Notes under the pieces: generated by a model
Told to the model about the DNA's origin: nothing
The model's input: only the letters and a program-made list of their open reading frames with translations
Database searches by the model: none
Assembly: GCA_027923505.1 (NCBI GenBank)
Contig: BROI01000036.1
Coordinates: forward strand, 186,001-233,453
Length of the DNA: 47,453 bases
Direction of reading: 5' to 3'
From: Mayamaea pseudoterrestris
Lineage: Eukaryota
In this document: in pieces, positions 1-11,900 of the stretch
Numbering within the stretch: the first letter of the stretch is position 1
Layout: the number at the start of each line of letters is the position of its first letter
Translations under genes and position numbers: made by a program

Positions 1-1007
1 TCGTCATTCTCGTCGTCATCATGAAACGCTGTGCTTCGACTAGAAGTCGTTGGACTAGATAGTTGCGTGACGCGCCGCGGTTCCGGCGGAAGCAAGTCTA
101 GGTCGTCGGCATCCTCATCGTCGTAGGAAAACGACTTGAGTAGTCCCTTTGGTGTGACAATGTTTGTGACTCGTGTTTGTCGGACTTGCGAGGGTGGAAG
201 GGGCGATTTCTGGACTAGTTTGAGCGGCGGTTGTGGTGGCTTGGTAAAGTCTCGCATTTGAGGCAAAGTACTTGCATTCGTCAAGTGTAAGGGAAGCGGA
301 GTAAGTGGTTCATGTTCATCTTGCTCTTGCTCCTGTTGTTCGCTTTCATCTGTAGAAGAAAGTGTTGCAATCGCTTCATCTCCTCGTCGTCCAACAGGTT
401 CAAGCTCTCCCTCGTACACGCCTTGTTGGAGTCGCTTGCGTCGCTCATATTGCAATTTCGACGACCGATCCTGAGGAGCAGGAAGTTTCAGGAGCGATTC
501 TAGTGGCTTGGCTTGTGGCTGATTGCTTGCTGAGAACTGAGATGGAGCTTGGTGTGATGACAGCGAGGAAGAAGATGATTGTGCATCTCCAGCAGTTGAA
601 GTCGTTTCTTCTCTAACATTCCGACTTGCCAATGATGCGGCGCTGCTATTGGAGGTACTGAAACTGGGCATTCTCTCGTACATGTATGGCTTCTTTACCG
701 GTTGCTCTGAAGATTGAGATGATTGCGATTGCTGAGGCAAGAGCTGCACTGGAACCGCCTTGAGGCCCGGCGGTGGACGCTGCATGGGTGCAAGTTGATT
801 GTTTTTGCTATTTCGTGGACGATGATTTGGAATCCGAATGGCAATACAATTGCGATGTGATCCTGCTATACCGGTTGCTGCTTCACTAGGTAAGTATTGC
901 TCGCGTGGTTGTCGCTGAGGTTGCTGCGATTTTCTCGATGCTTCAGTCGATTGATCGTCGCGAGAATGATGCTGCATGGTTTGACTTGGACTGGAGTGAC
1001 GTAGCAT
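1..1007 (-). CDS. Hypothetical S/P/Q-rich low-complexity protein, 5' part (runs off left edge)
   Basis: Manual translation: stop-free minus-strand frame from ATG at 1007 (context ACC-ATG) to position 1: MLRHSSPSQTMQHH...KSFSYDDEDADDLDLLPPEPRR...AFHDDDEND. Not in the ORF track, presumably because its stop lies outside the window. Start codon uncertain; no recognisable domain. Confidence 0.65.
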   Translation of the reverse strand, partial: MLRHSSPSQTMQHHSRDDQSTEASRKSQQPQRQPREQYLPSEAATGIAGSHRNCIAIRIPNHRPRNSKNNQLAPMQRPPPGLKAVPVQLLPQQSQSSQSSEQPVKKPYMYERMPSFSTSNSSAASLASRNVREETTSTAGDAQSSSSSLSSHQAPSQFSASNQPQAKPLESLLKLPAPQDRSSKLQYERRKRLQQGVYEGELEPVGRRGDEAIATLSSTDESEQQEQEQDEHEPLTPLPLHLTNASTLPQMRDFTKPPQPPLKLVQKSPLPPSQVRQTRVTNIVTPKGLLKSFSYDDEDADDLDLLPPEPRRVTQLSSPTTSSRSTAFHDDDEND

Positions 1008-1463
1008 GGTAGGTCTGTGCGCAGTGTACGTGCAGAGAAAGATGGCGGAGTCGTCGATTGTAGCAGAGAGAGGCTTGACTATGGACGCTTCATGGCCGAT
1101 GGAAACCGCGGAAAGAATTGGCGCGGCAGCGCGCCACGACGCACGAGTACACTTCAAGCTATAGTCAAACGAGTTGGCGAGTCGCTCGCCGACCGGCGCG
1201 CCATGCATCGCCGTTACTTTCGTCGTCGTAGCGGTATTTAAATGACTACTCACATGCTTTCGCACGACTAAAAACTCACAATTGATAAAGATACATTACA
1301 TATCGATCAATACAGCAAAAGTGAATATGAATAAAATGTCTGAATCTGAGTAAGACAACGAGAGCCACCGAATGCAGGCTGTTGCACAAACAAGTCGTTG
1401 TCAAAGGAACTCACACTCACAAAAAAGGCCTTGTCGATCAACCATTACAGTGTCAGTAAAAAC

Positions 1464-2711
1464 TCAAGCGCTATCATTCTTGGGACCATTGCTGGCATCT
1501 CGCTCTCGTTGCTGCTGCTGCGCCAAGAGGGCTCGCAGCAAGGGAGTTTGAAGGTCGTTTGATGCTGCTGCTGCTGCGGACGATGGATTAATCCCCAACA
1601 ATGTGCTTGCTCCTCCTCCAAGTCGGCCTTGCTGACTTTCGCTCAACAAGAGTCGTTGTGCCGGCGTGAGTTGGTCGAGGAGTGACGAGGAGCCTGCCAT
1701 ATATGACGATGATGGATGGGCTGGCTGGCCCAGTGAAAACAGGAGACGTTGCTGCTCCATGACATCGCGCTGCGCAAGCATGGACGCCAAGGACGATGAC
1801 GTCGCTGATGAATCTTGCGCTGTTGGGAAGAGAGACCGCATATCTGACAAGCCGGTGGCGGCTGAGTGCTGGTTAGACAAGGAGAGTGACTGCAGCAAGG
1901 CTTGGTGCTGCAAATGGCTATTGCTTGCTGCGGCCAATTGCTGCTGCAGTGACAAAGGCGATGGATCCACGCCCAAGGACCCTCCAGCTGCAGTTGGTGA
2001 AAACAAGCTGCCCGCTCCTTGACTCATGGTGAGTCGTTGACGCAGTAACGCATTCTCGTTTGACAGCGACTCGACTTGGCGGACAAGCTCGACGTTGAGT
2101 CGCTGCAGCTGAATGTTTCTGGCTGTATATTGGTCTACTTCGCTGCTCAAGTCTTCAATCTGTTGCTTGGTTCGCTGGCGAGCTCGAGCAGCGTTCATGC
2201 GGTCTGTCATTCAAGAGTGCAGAGTGTTGCGTGGTGAGGCGCAATGAAACGAGCAGATTCTGATCAGGGATTATGTCACCCCTTCCAACTCCCGGCCACT
2301 TACTGTAAGACCGTTTGGCTTCAAGTCTACGTTGTTCAAGACTTATGTGTGGATTCCCAGGTAGTGTAGCCATTTTGGTTTGGCTGTCGGAACCATCTAA
2401 AGGTGAGTGTGAAATCCCGATACACGTGTGAGTTGCAGTGACATCATTTGCGATTCGTTTGTCCACCAAAAGTCGCGCCTTCTCTCATATCATTTCCTTT
2501 CGATGCATACAATAAGGAGCACTTGCAATGATGATGATTAATTACCTCCTGCTTCATCGCTGCGTTCCGATACCTCGGCGAGTCGTTTGCTATTGCCGGC
2601 AGCACCAATTGGCTCTCTCGCTGACTTGCTCTCGTCGCTTTCCAAATCATCATCTTCCATGTCTTCATCAGCACTACTCCCTTTGGAAGCCGCATAACCT
2701 TCTTTCTGCAT
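1464..2711 (-). CDS. bZIP transcription factor (paralog 1), 3 exons: 2711-2546, 2396-2304, 2203-1464
   Basis: GT-AG introns 2545-2397 and 2303-2204 (both phase 1) join an acidic N-terminus (MQKEGY...DEDMEDDDLESDE) to EAKRSY-N-RMNAARARQRTKQQIEDL (basic N-x7-R motif), a heptad zipper (I..L..V..L..L) and a Q/S-rich tail. Confidence 0.88.
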
Positions 2712-3572
2712 AATGTTATGTCAAATATAGCTGTCGAGTCTTAACGTTTTGCTGCTTGTGTGAAGGGCTTGATGTGCCTTGATGTTCACGAGTCTCGAGG
2801 CCCCGTGGAAGGTCAAGATGACTCGGGCGCTCCGCCACGATTCCTGTCTTGCCACTGGAGGCAATAGTCAATTTTTGTTTACGAATCATATCCGCGGATT
2901 ATACTAATGCGCCCTTGAAGTATTCTGGCGTCAGGGTTCCAGAATGCCAGTTTCTATTATGACCGTGGACAAAGGCTAATCTCTTTTAACTATGCCGGCG
3001 GGCTTTGCTGCTCAGGCTATAGCAAAACATCAGTGACTCAAACGTCGGGAAGGTATCATTGCGATGATTTAATGACGTGAGCTAGAATACAAAAGAGCAA
3101 AATGTCTCTCAAGTCTTGAACATATGATATTGCCCTCAACGAATGAGGAGTACTCTTATCACCCAACTTGAAGCGTTGAAGAATCCCACGGCACAATGCA
3201 ACCTCACTATTCTATTCTAGAAAGAATGCGGCTGAAAGATCTGGCGCTTTGTGCTTGCCCAGTTCCCTCACTATGTATCACACTTGGCAAGGTTAAAAAA
3301 CAGACGAAGAGACCACAGCTTCCCGGTGACGATGAAGGATCGAAATGGTGGCAAATGGGCAACTGAAACGACCTCATCTTTAGCTCTTCAGCATACTACT
3401 ACTACCCATACCGTTGCTCGCTGCCAACTATGGTACCGCTAGCTGGCTAACGGCAAGCTCAAGCACTACGCTACACTATAAGCTCGAGTCGATTACCAAA
3501 TCATTCCAAAATCTGTTTGACCCATTTCAAATAGCTATGTATGCCCCACCCTTGTTCAAAAGATCATTCCAA

Positions 3573-4583
3573 TTATGCGGAACTGGCAAAAATGAGACGC
3601 AGCAGTGCCTGCTTCTTGTCAGCGTCCGACACCTGGTTCGAGGACGGGGAATGTGCCCCCATGAGTTGCTCCTTGAGTGAAAATGGCATGTCAGGACCCA
3701 GTTGGATCGGCGCACGATGCAGGGCCGACAAGAGGGAGTTGGTAGCTAGCAAGTTCGAATGGCCGCGTGGCTGTGTGACACTGATGCATCCATCCTCGGC
3801 GTTTAAGCCATGCCAGCCAAAGATCGCTGCGCCAGTTGGTGCACCAGCATCTTTCGACTGGGAACAAGTCAGTCTGTTCAAGAGCGCGGCGCGAAGGAGC
3901 TTGTTTTCCGATTCCAAGGCGTTGAGCCTTTCCGACAGGTCATTGTTCTCGACTTGCAGATGACTGCTCGACTCGGCCAAGTCGTTTAGCTGTTTGCGCA
4001 GGCTCTGTATCTGGTCCTTTGTGCGCTGCCGAGCACGAGCGGCGTTCATTCGATCTTGAAGGCAGAATAAATAAAGTGAGAATAAGCTTGCTCCCTTCTT
4101 TCAAAGCACGACAATTGGCGATATGCCAGGCGAGAATTGTGCCCTTCCATGTCAGACAGATGCAAATACTTACTGTAGGCTCTCTTTGACTCGATAAGCT
4201 TCTCCTGGGTGTCGCCTTCCGACAATGAATCAGATTCGCTAGCTGTGAGACGAGTACAGCAAGGAGTGAGTGCAGAATACCTACGAGTAGTTTCGTTCAC
4301 CGCCAGCTGTGTGGGTGAACCATATCCAAGCCTCGCATCCAGAGTAGAAGCAGTAGTTTATGTGTATTGTTACAAGCCGGTCAATCGCCTATTGTCCAGC
4401 GCAGCCATTAGAACATAATACTCTACAACTTTGGCTTGATCTCGCAAACAATGCGCCTCTCTTGCTTCTTGTTCCTTGTTCCTCCAAACACTCACCTTTG
4501 CAATGCGTCCGCTTCTTCATCATTGGCTGCTCCTCGACTGAAAAATCTTGGACGCTTCGCTTGTTGTCCATCGTGCCTGCCAT
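3573..4583 (-). CDS. bZIP transcription factor (paralog 2), exons ~4583-4496, 4242-4174, 4054-3573
   Basis: Intron 4173-4055 (TAC A|GTAAGT...AAG|AT) restores ESKRAY-N-RMNAARARQRTKDQIQSLRKQLNDL plus zipper. First exon (MAGTMDNKRSVQ...HCK, donor G|GTGAGT) is phase-compatible but less certain. Confidence 0.8.
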
Positions 4584-5138
4584 TCTTGGATTTTGGTAAA
4601 TGACAAGGTGCATGCATGCAAGCATGACTCCGCCCTATTCTTTCAAAACCGACGCATCGGAGCATTCTTGCACGGATGAACTCGAGGTACGACTGACATT
4701 TCTGCGCGTTCCTTGAAGTTAAGTTGTTCGTCCTTGTGACGATGATGAGCGTCACATCGAGGCTGTTGAACAATGACTGTGATATTAAGAGTAGTCCATG
4801 AGTCATTATTTCTCCGTCTGATTCCGTGACGCCATTTTTCTTCAATCTGTGCCTTGCAGTCACTTTGAAATCTGCTGACGTACGTTTGGTCGGATGGTGA
4901 CTATTGCCGCGTGTTTCGATTGGCTGGACATATTCGTCGGAGTCGCACACCGTGCGCACTGTGACGCCTAGAGTACTTGCGATCCTTTCGCTCGCGGAGA
5001 AGGGTCCTGCACCTTTTTTCCTCGTGGTCCGACTCATTTGCCGACTCCGTTTCGTCATTTTCAAGCCAAAGACTCCTTCATATCCAAGCAATTTCTGTAA
5101 CGGAGCAGACGATAGACTCAATCGATACTACGGTAGTC
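4584..5138. promoter_or_regulatory. Divergent promoter between bZIP paralogs 2 and 3 with CRE/AP-1-like sites
   Basis: ATGAGTCAT 4798-4806, TGACGTAC 4876-4883, TGACGC 4827 and 4962, GCGTCA 4749. Motifs seen directly; function inferred. Confidence 0.45.
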
Positions 5139-6407
5139 ATGGAAGGGGAGAGCAGCCATTCGCAGCAGTCAAGCATCGACAAGAAGCGCAAGATCGATGA
5201 GGCTGCAGCTGCTGCCGAGGAATCGTTCGACGGAAGTGCTGCGAGTCATGCTTCAGACTCTAAGAAAACGTATGGAGACGATGACGATGAGAAGAAGCGA
5301 CTGGAGGAGAAGCGAGCGTACAGTAAGTTTTACATGGGAGAGTACTGATCGTGAGACTGGGTGCATGAAAACTGGATGTTCCTTGCTTGCGAAAGAGGTG
5401 CTGCAGGAGCTTGAGTCGAATGACTTGATCGAAACGCACGATATTAATCTCAATTCAACTCATTTTGCTCTTTCATTCTCTTTTCCGTAGATCGCATGAA
5501 CGCAGCTCGAGCTCGCGCCCGCATCAAGGTGCAGATTGGCGAATTGAGCAATCAAGTCGAAACGTACGCTGCCGCGAATCTTCAGATTCAGGAGCAAAAC
5601 GAGGAGCTTACCAAGCGATTGAACCTACTGACGGAGGAGAATATGAGACTGCGAGCTTACATTTTGAATCCTGGAGTCGCTGGAGTCGGAATGCCAGTGC
5701 CGCAAATGGATCAATTAATGCAGCAGCAGCAGCAGCAACAGCAGGAGAATGGAACGAGCAATGGCAACTCTGCTCCATCTTCGGACGCGCAGCCGCAGCA
5801 ACCTCCACTAGCCTTAGGACAGCAGCAACAGCAAAACCCGGCGGCTTCGGTTCTACAGACGAATCAGGCGCTCCATCAAAGCATTACGCAGCAGCAACTA
5901 CTTTTGCAGCGCCTGCACCAGCAGCAACAGTTTTCCAGCTTGAATCCATTTGCAGCCGCGCAGTCCATGATGCAACATCAGCAGCACATGCCGAATGGAA
6001 TGGTTATGGCCCAGAATAATCAGCAAGGCAACAATGGGAACAATAATAGCGGCAACAACCATCAGTTGAATGATCAGCAGCGCATGCTGCTGGAGCAAAT
6101 GACTCGACTGCAGCAGCAGCAGCAGCAGGTTCCGTCGTTCAGTGTCAACATGGGACCGTCGGCCGAGCAAAACATGGCAGTCGTGGGTCAGTTTCTGCAG
6201 CAGCAACAAGCAATGGGACAGGCGCAGCAGCCAAACGGCGTTGGAGACGGTCAGCAGCAGTTGCCATTGTTGCAGCCAGCAGTGGCGACGCAGCAGCAAG
6301 CTCTTCCTGCACAAGAGACGCAACAGCAACAGAAAGATGGTGACGAAGGATCGTCACTCAATGATGAGTCCGACTCGGATGATGGTGATGACGACGATGA
6401 CGAGTAA
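5139..6407 (+). CDS. bZIP transcription factor (paralog 3), exons 5139-5322, 5491-6407; poly-Q C-terminus
   Basis: Intron 5323-5490 (TAC A|GTAAGT...CCGTAG|AT) gives EEKRAY-N-RMNAARARARIKVQIGEL plus zipper. KKRK NLS-like motif in exon 1; Q/N-rich region and acidic tail. Confidence 0.9.
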
Positions 6408-7699
6408 GTGTTAGGTTTTGGTGCAGTTTTAAATGATAATGGGAGCGTTTTGTAAATGTAAACTGTCTGCCACATAAGAAGTCAGATACAATTTCATCAT
6501 CAGCCGCGATGCTGAAATCATAGTCAACTCCAAGCTTTTCTCTCGCCGCTCGTCAAAATAGGCTCCTTTTATGCAAGGGCGCCGATGGAAAGCCTTTATC
6601 GCATCGTTGAAGCGCATCGTTGAAGCGTTCGCTTCAAAGATTGCAGGTCCTTGCTTGGTATATAGCCGCCACTTGTCGCATCTGCATGTACATCTTGGTT
6701 CTCGGTGTAAAAGCCCACCATCCCGTCGGCAAAACTGGGTAAGGTATTGAATTGACTGTGATGCAAAATACGAAGCGTTGGAGATTGGCGCAAGCGATAT
6801 CTTACTGTGCACGTCCAAGTCCTTCATGTTCGTCGTATTTTTTTGTTCATAAGCATTCATCTTGTAGCTGTTTCAACAAAACCCATGAATTATCAATGCA
6901 TATCTTTGTAAATTTCACTCAAGCTGAATGAATGAGCAGTGGACTCTGCATGGGTCGAGTCTGCGAGGGTTAATTGTTTCACGCAGGCCTTTTGATTGGC
7001 TCTTCTAATGCATTCGTTGAATGCACTATTGGTAGAAACACCTATCTTTCCTTTTTGAACGACAATATACAGCGTCTGGTTGCAAACTCAGTTAGTTGCT
7101 TGCTTGCTCGCAGCTCATTGCTGATTGCTGCCAGAGCCAGAGTCAGCGTTAACAGATCGGGAGAGCGATAACAATCATCGTATTGACCGGCACTCCTTGA
7201 GTCTCTCCAATCTGCAAGTTCGTTCGCTTGTGTGCATGAAGACAAGCTTTGAAAGTGTTGCCTCGATAAAAAAAGGTATTGCTAGAGTGCACGAGCAAGG
7301 TTGTAACGTCACATATTTGCCCAGTCATGATGTGTCACTGCATTTATACTATACTGTAGTCGACTTGATCTTCCCCGCCGCTAACTTGGGTGACTGGGAT
7401 CGCCCCTTGTTCATTGTCGAACGACGGCTTGATTGCCATGGTCGAATGTTGATTGGCGATGCAAACGAGAAACGCGATTGTGCGTTTCCCAGTAGAATGA
7501 AAAATGTACACTTCACCCAACAATCATCATGAATACTACGTCATCGAATCCGGGTCCTGGACCCATCAAAGCGCAAGCGTTGCGTCTCCACCATGAGAAA
7601 AAGGCCGGTCCATCGTCAATTCAATTTGAAGCTTGTTAGACTGGGTCAAGAGCTTGCATCTACTTATAAAAAGGATCTCTTTTCCATCATTATCAGAAA

Positions 7700-8942
7700 A
7701 TGGAATCATCCTATCCCCGCGGTAGCAGCAATCGTCGAAGCGGCAATCCTCGCCACGCCAAGCAGCGAGCCGGAGGCACGGCGGATCGTCCTTTGGCGGC
7801 CGAGGATGAATACATTCGGTCGTTGCGCAAGCGTCAAGTCGAGCGAGAGCAGCAGCAACTGAATAGTCATGCGGCAGCATCAGCAAGCAGCAATTCTAGT
7901 CCGCCTCCGACGAGCCGAACGAGCCCATCATCCAGCAGCAACCGAAGCATTTACGACGATCACGAATCTACCATTCGAAGCAGCAATCGAAGGACATCGG
8001 CAGTGAATTATACAGGCAGCAATTTGCATTCCTCTACTAGTAGTCGCCGAAATTCAAGTAGCAGCAGCTGGCGCAAGGAAGAGACTGATTCATCGACGGA
8101 GCAGCCGCCAGTTGCATCGTCTTCGTCGTCGTCACGAAGGAATGCGTCTTCTAATTCCAATTCATCGCACTACCCAAGATCCAGCCATGGCAGCAGCAAT
8201 AATAATATGAACGCATCGTCGTCGAGTCACTATCCAAGCGCAAACGCTACAGGCAGCAGCAGTCGCGGCGGAGCATCAAGTCGACGTCAACAACAAGTAG
8301 CACCAGCAAGTTTGAGCGCCTCTTACACTGCTCCATCGGCATCATCACATTTATTTCGCGACGCGCCCTACACGAGCGCCTCTTCATTGGCGTCTCCTCA
8401 CTACCATAAGAGCAGCGTCAACCTTTCAGGCAGTGCAGGAGCCAAGGAAGTGGTGCTCGTGAGCGGCATTAGCAGCAGCAACAGTCATCTTTCGAGTGCA
8501 AACGCTACTAGTCGCATTGAATTAGCAGCAGCTCCAACGTCCAGTCACCAGTTACCTATGTCTCCGCCGCCGCTGCCACTGGATCCGGCGTCGTCAACGA
8601 GTGCGCGCGTCGTTCAAGTCGATGGACATCGCTACTCGGTGTCAAGTAGTTTAAGCGGAAGCAGCAAACATATCGCGCGGCAGAAACAACGGAGTCCCAG
8701 GCGGTCCGAAAAGGAGTCGATGAATCATGCAGCAGCTGTAGCAACAAGTAGTAGCAGCAGTCCCAATGATGTCTTGACGCGAAGCAGTCAGTCGAGAAAA
8801 CAAGGAGGAGGAAGTAGCAGTCACTCGCGCAAGGTTGTTACGGACGATGGAGTCGGAGGCGCTGATGTAGCAGCAGTGAGGCGAAATCAGGCAATGCAAT
8901 CCACAGCGGAATTTGCGCAAAGCCATTCACAATTGCCATTGA

Positions 8943-8974
<32 letters not shown>

Positions 8975-11900
8975 TCGACACCAGTATTACCAACTCCGCC
9001 TCAAGCAAGTAACAACAACAATTCATTCGACGTACTGGGAGGTTCGGCCGCTGATAATGCTCGGGCACTGCGAGCGCAGCGACTGCGCGAATCAGTGGTA
9101 CGACGAAATTCAAGTAGCACCGTCATGGCGGCCGTGGCTGGCTTGGAGGAGGTAACGGGCAAGCAGCAATCAACGACGGATAATGATAGTGGAACGAACA
9201 ACAATCAGCAACAATTACCGCAGCAATCTGCAACGCCACTGGTGACGCAGGCAACCATCGCTCCTAGTCCAGTTTCGGCGCCCTTGAATTTGCCAGGAGT
9301 CAATCAGTTTTTGTTGCAGCGACGAACAACAACGACATCGTCGGCCGTTGGAGACCTTCCACTTCCGTCGACAATGCTTCGAAGCCAGACGGTACCAAGC
9401 ACATCTGGTCGGCAGCAGCAACAAGGCAACAGCAATACTAACAATGCCACCATGATGTCGTCACTACTGTCACGCGACTCGAAGAGTTTTGAGTTTGATT
9501 CCGATTCATCGAGTGACGCCGCCGAAGCTGACCAGGAAACCGCAGCGAGTGGCGAGGGCTACTTGTCGAGCGACGACGATGACGATGAATTTACCGATAA
9601 CATGCCCGAGTACAGTGTCCGCGTGTCGATTGTTTCAGCCGTGGATTTGCCGGCCAATGTTGTTCCAAACTTGCCGCTCAGTCCAGTACTGCGCGTTGGC
9701 TTGGTGCGCATGATGCCGGAGCAAGAGAATCCGCAAGGCGACTATGGAGATGATTACACGAGTATTGGCGTCAAGAATCGACAGGAGCAAAATCAAAAGG
9801 CACTCATGACAAAAATTGTTTCGACTGGTCTTCAATCAATTCCAAATGCCAAGGTGCGAACAACATCCGCCAAGATTTTGAGCAAGCGCGACAATGGCTC
9901 TGTTGAATTTCACGAGGAAATGCGATGGGATCGGGTCCGCTATCCGGACCAAATGGTTGTTGCCATTGAACTTTCGTCACGAGCCGTCATGGTGCCTCGC
10001 AACATTAAGGAAAGTCCGCCACCGCCTAAGGCACAGCAGATTCCATTCATGATGAATGGAACTGCATCACTTGGCACGTTACAGCGACAGGCAGAAGCGA
10101 CGGCGGACACTACTGCGCGAGGAAACTTGGCAGCCTTTGGTTCGCTGTTCAAGCGACCGGCTAAGAAGGAAAAGGAGATTGAAACAGCCACGGCTGCTGC
10201 CGCCGTTGCACACATGCTTGTAGAACCTGCGGACGGTGAAGCGCCGAGACAACCGACGATGCGGCCATTGAATCAAAGTGAACTGTATGTCAAACTTCGA
10301 CCAAGAAAACCTCGAAAGAAGAAGCTAAAAATGACGGAGGACCTTCACATTGCATCGCAGGTCATCCCTTTAACGAAATTGCCGCTCCGCAAGGCACTGC
10401 TGGGGATGGATTGTGCCCGCATCGAGCAGTGGATTGAACTGGATGGCTCTTTCGGTGCATGCGCGGTGACACCTGGTGCAGCGGCCCCATTGGCTAATAA
10501 ACGCAATCCAAGCATTTTGGTTGAAATTACCTTTAGTCCGACGGAACGTCTTGATGACAGCGAGGATGACATGGACGAAGATGACGATATGGAAGCGCAG
10601 GTTCGGGCGTCCTATGCGAAGCGACAATCAATGAAAATTCGGAACCAGTTAAGGGAAGAGTCGGCACGACGGGAAGCCAAGCATCAAGTCAAGAAGGAAC
10701 CAGAATTGGTGCCAGGTGTAATAGATTTTGTTTGTGTAGTCGGTGCACGCGATATTGGCGACCAAAAGTATGATGATGGATCCAATGGTTGGGTCAATAG
10801 TAGTCCGGAATGCTGCATACTCGAGCGATTTCCACCGAATGACGACTTTCATCTTGACAAGGGAAGGATTGCGACATTGCCGGACAAGGTTGAGTGGTTT
10901 TGCTTTCCTGATAGCTGCCGTTTATGGAGAGGGTCCACTCCGCCAAACCTGGACGAACTGAACCTCCAGCGGTTTTCGGCGTCGTCGCCTGCTAATATTG
11001 CGACATCAATTGCTTCCTTTGACGCATGCCTTGGATGCACCACATCCTTTACATGGTTTGTTTTGTCATCAAACTCGGATGAATACGGTTCTGAGAGTTC
11101 GAAGAATTATGGTGCAGCAATTCGATTCTTTGTTCCGTCCCCAAGAGGCATCGATCCTACGCAGGATGATTTTGCGCAGGCAATTATGGATCCGGATGCA
11201 GCGGATGATTTTGATCTCCCGGGCGGCAAGCGTTTGTGGGTGCCGATGGCTGTCATGATCACTTCTCGCCTTCCCATTATCGGAACAATGGAAGTAATGC
11301 TGCTTCGTATTTGCGAAGCGCTTGGTAACATTGGCATACCAGGAGATTGCAGTGGTCTTTCTCACGTTCTGCACAAGGAATTGGCAAGTCTGATTGTGTC
11401 TTACCAGCGACCCATCCCCGGCGTCGTTCACTGCTCGGTTCCGTTCCTGGCTGGTGATCGCTTCCACATTGCTTTGCCTCCTCCCGGTGGGCTCCCACCT
11501 TTGCCGCACGGTAATTCAGTAGCATCAGTCTGCCGACTACTCGGTCCGGATGGTTTGAATTTCCTTTTGGCTGCCTTTTTGACAGAGTGCAAGATTGTCT
11601 TGCATTCTAATGACATGGCGAATCTTTGTTTAGTGTCGGAAGTTATGACAGCGCTCATTTATCCGTTCACATGGACGCTGCCATACGTTCCGGTCCTTCC
11701 GACCGAAATGATTGAGCTAATCGAGGCGCCACTATCGTACCTGATCGGTGTGCCCAGTTGCAATATGAAGTATATAGATCCCAGACAAGTGGAAGATGTT
11801 ATTTTTGTTGATCTTGACAAAGATTTCTCCTCTGCGGACTATCAGGAGTCGAAGGATGCCGGAGCTAAACTCAAATCGTCGACCCCTCTTCCTGCGTCTG

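Noticed and set aside
6429..7532. Short ORFs between bZIP3 and the DENN gene, and a 13-bp tandem duplication at ~6601-6627
   Set aside because: No recognisable motif or consistent splice model; a small or decayed gene cannot be excluded.
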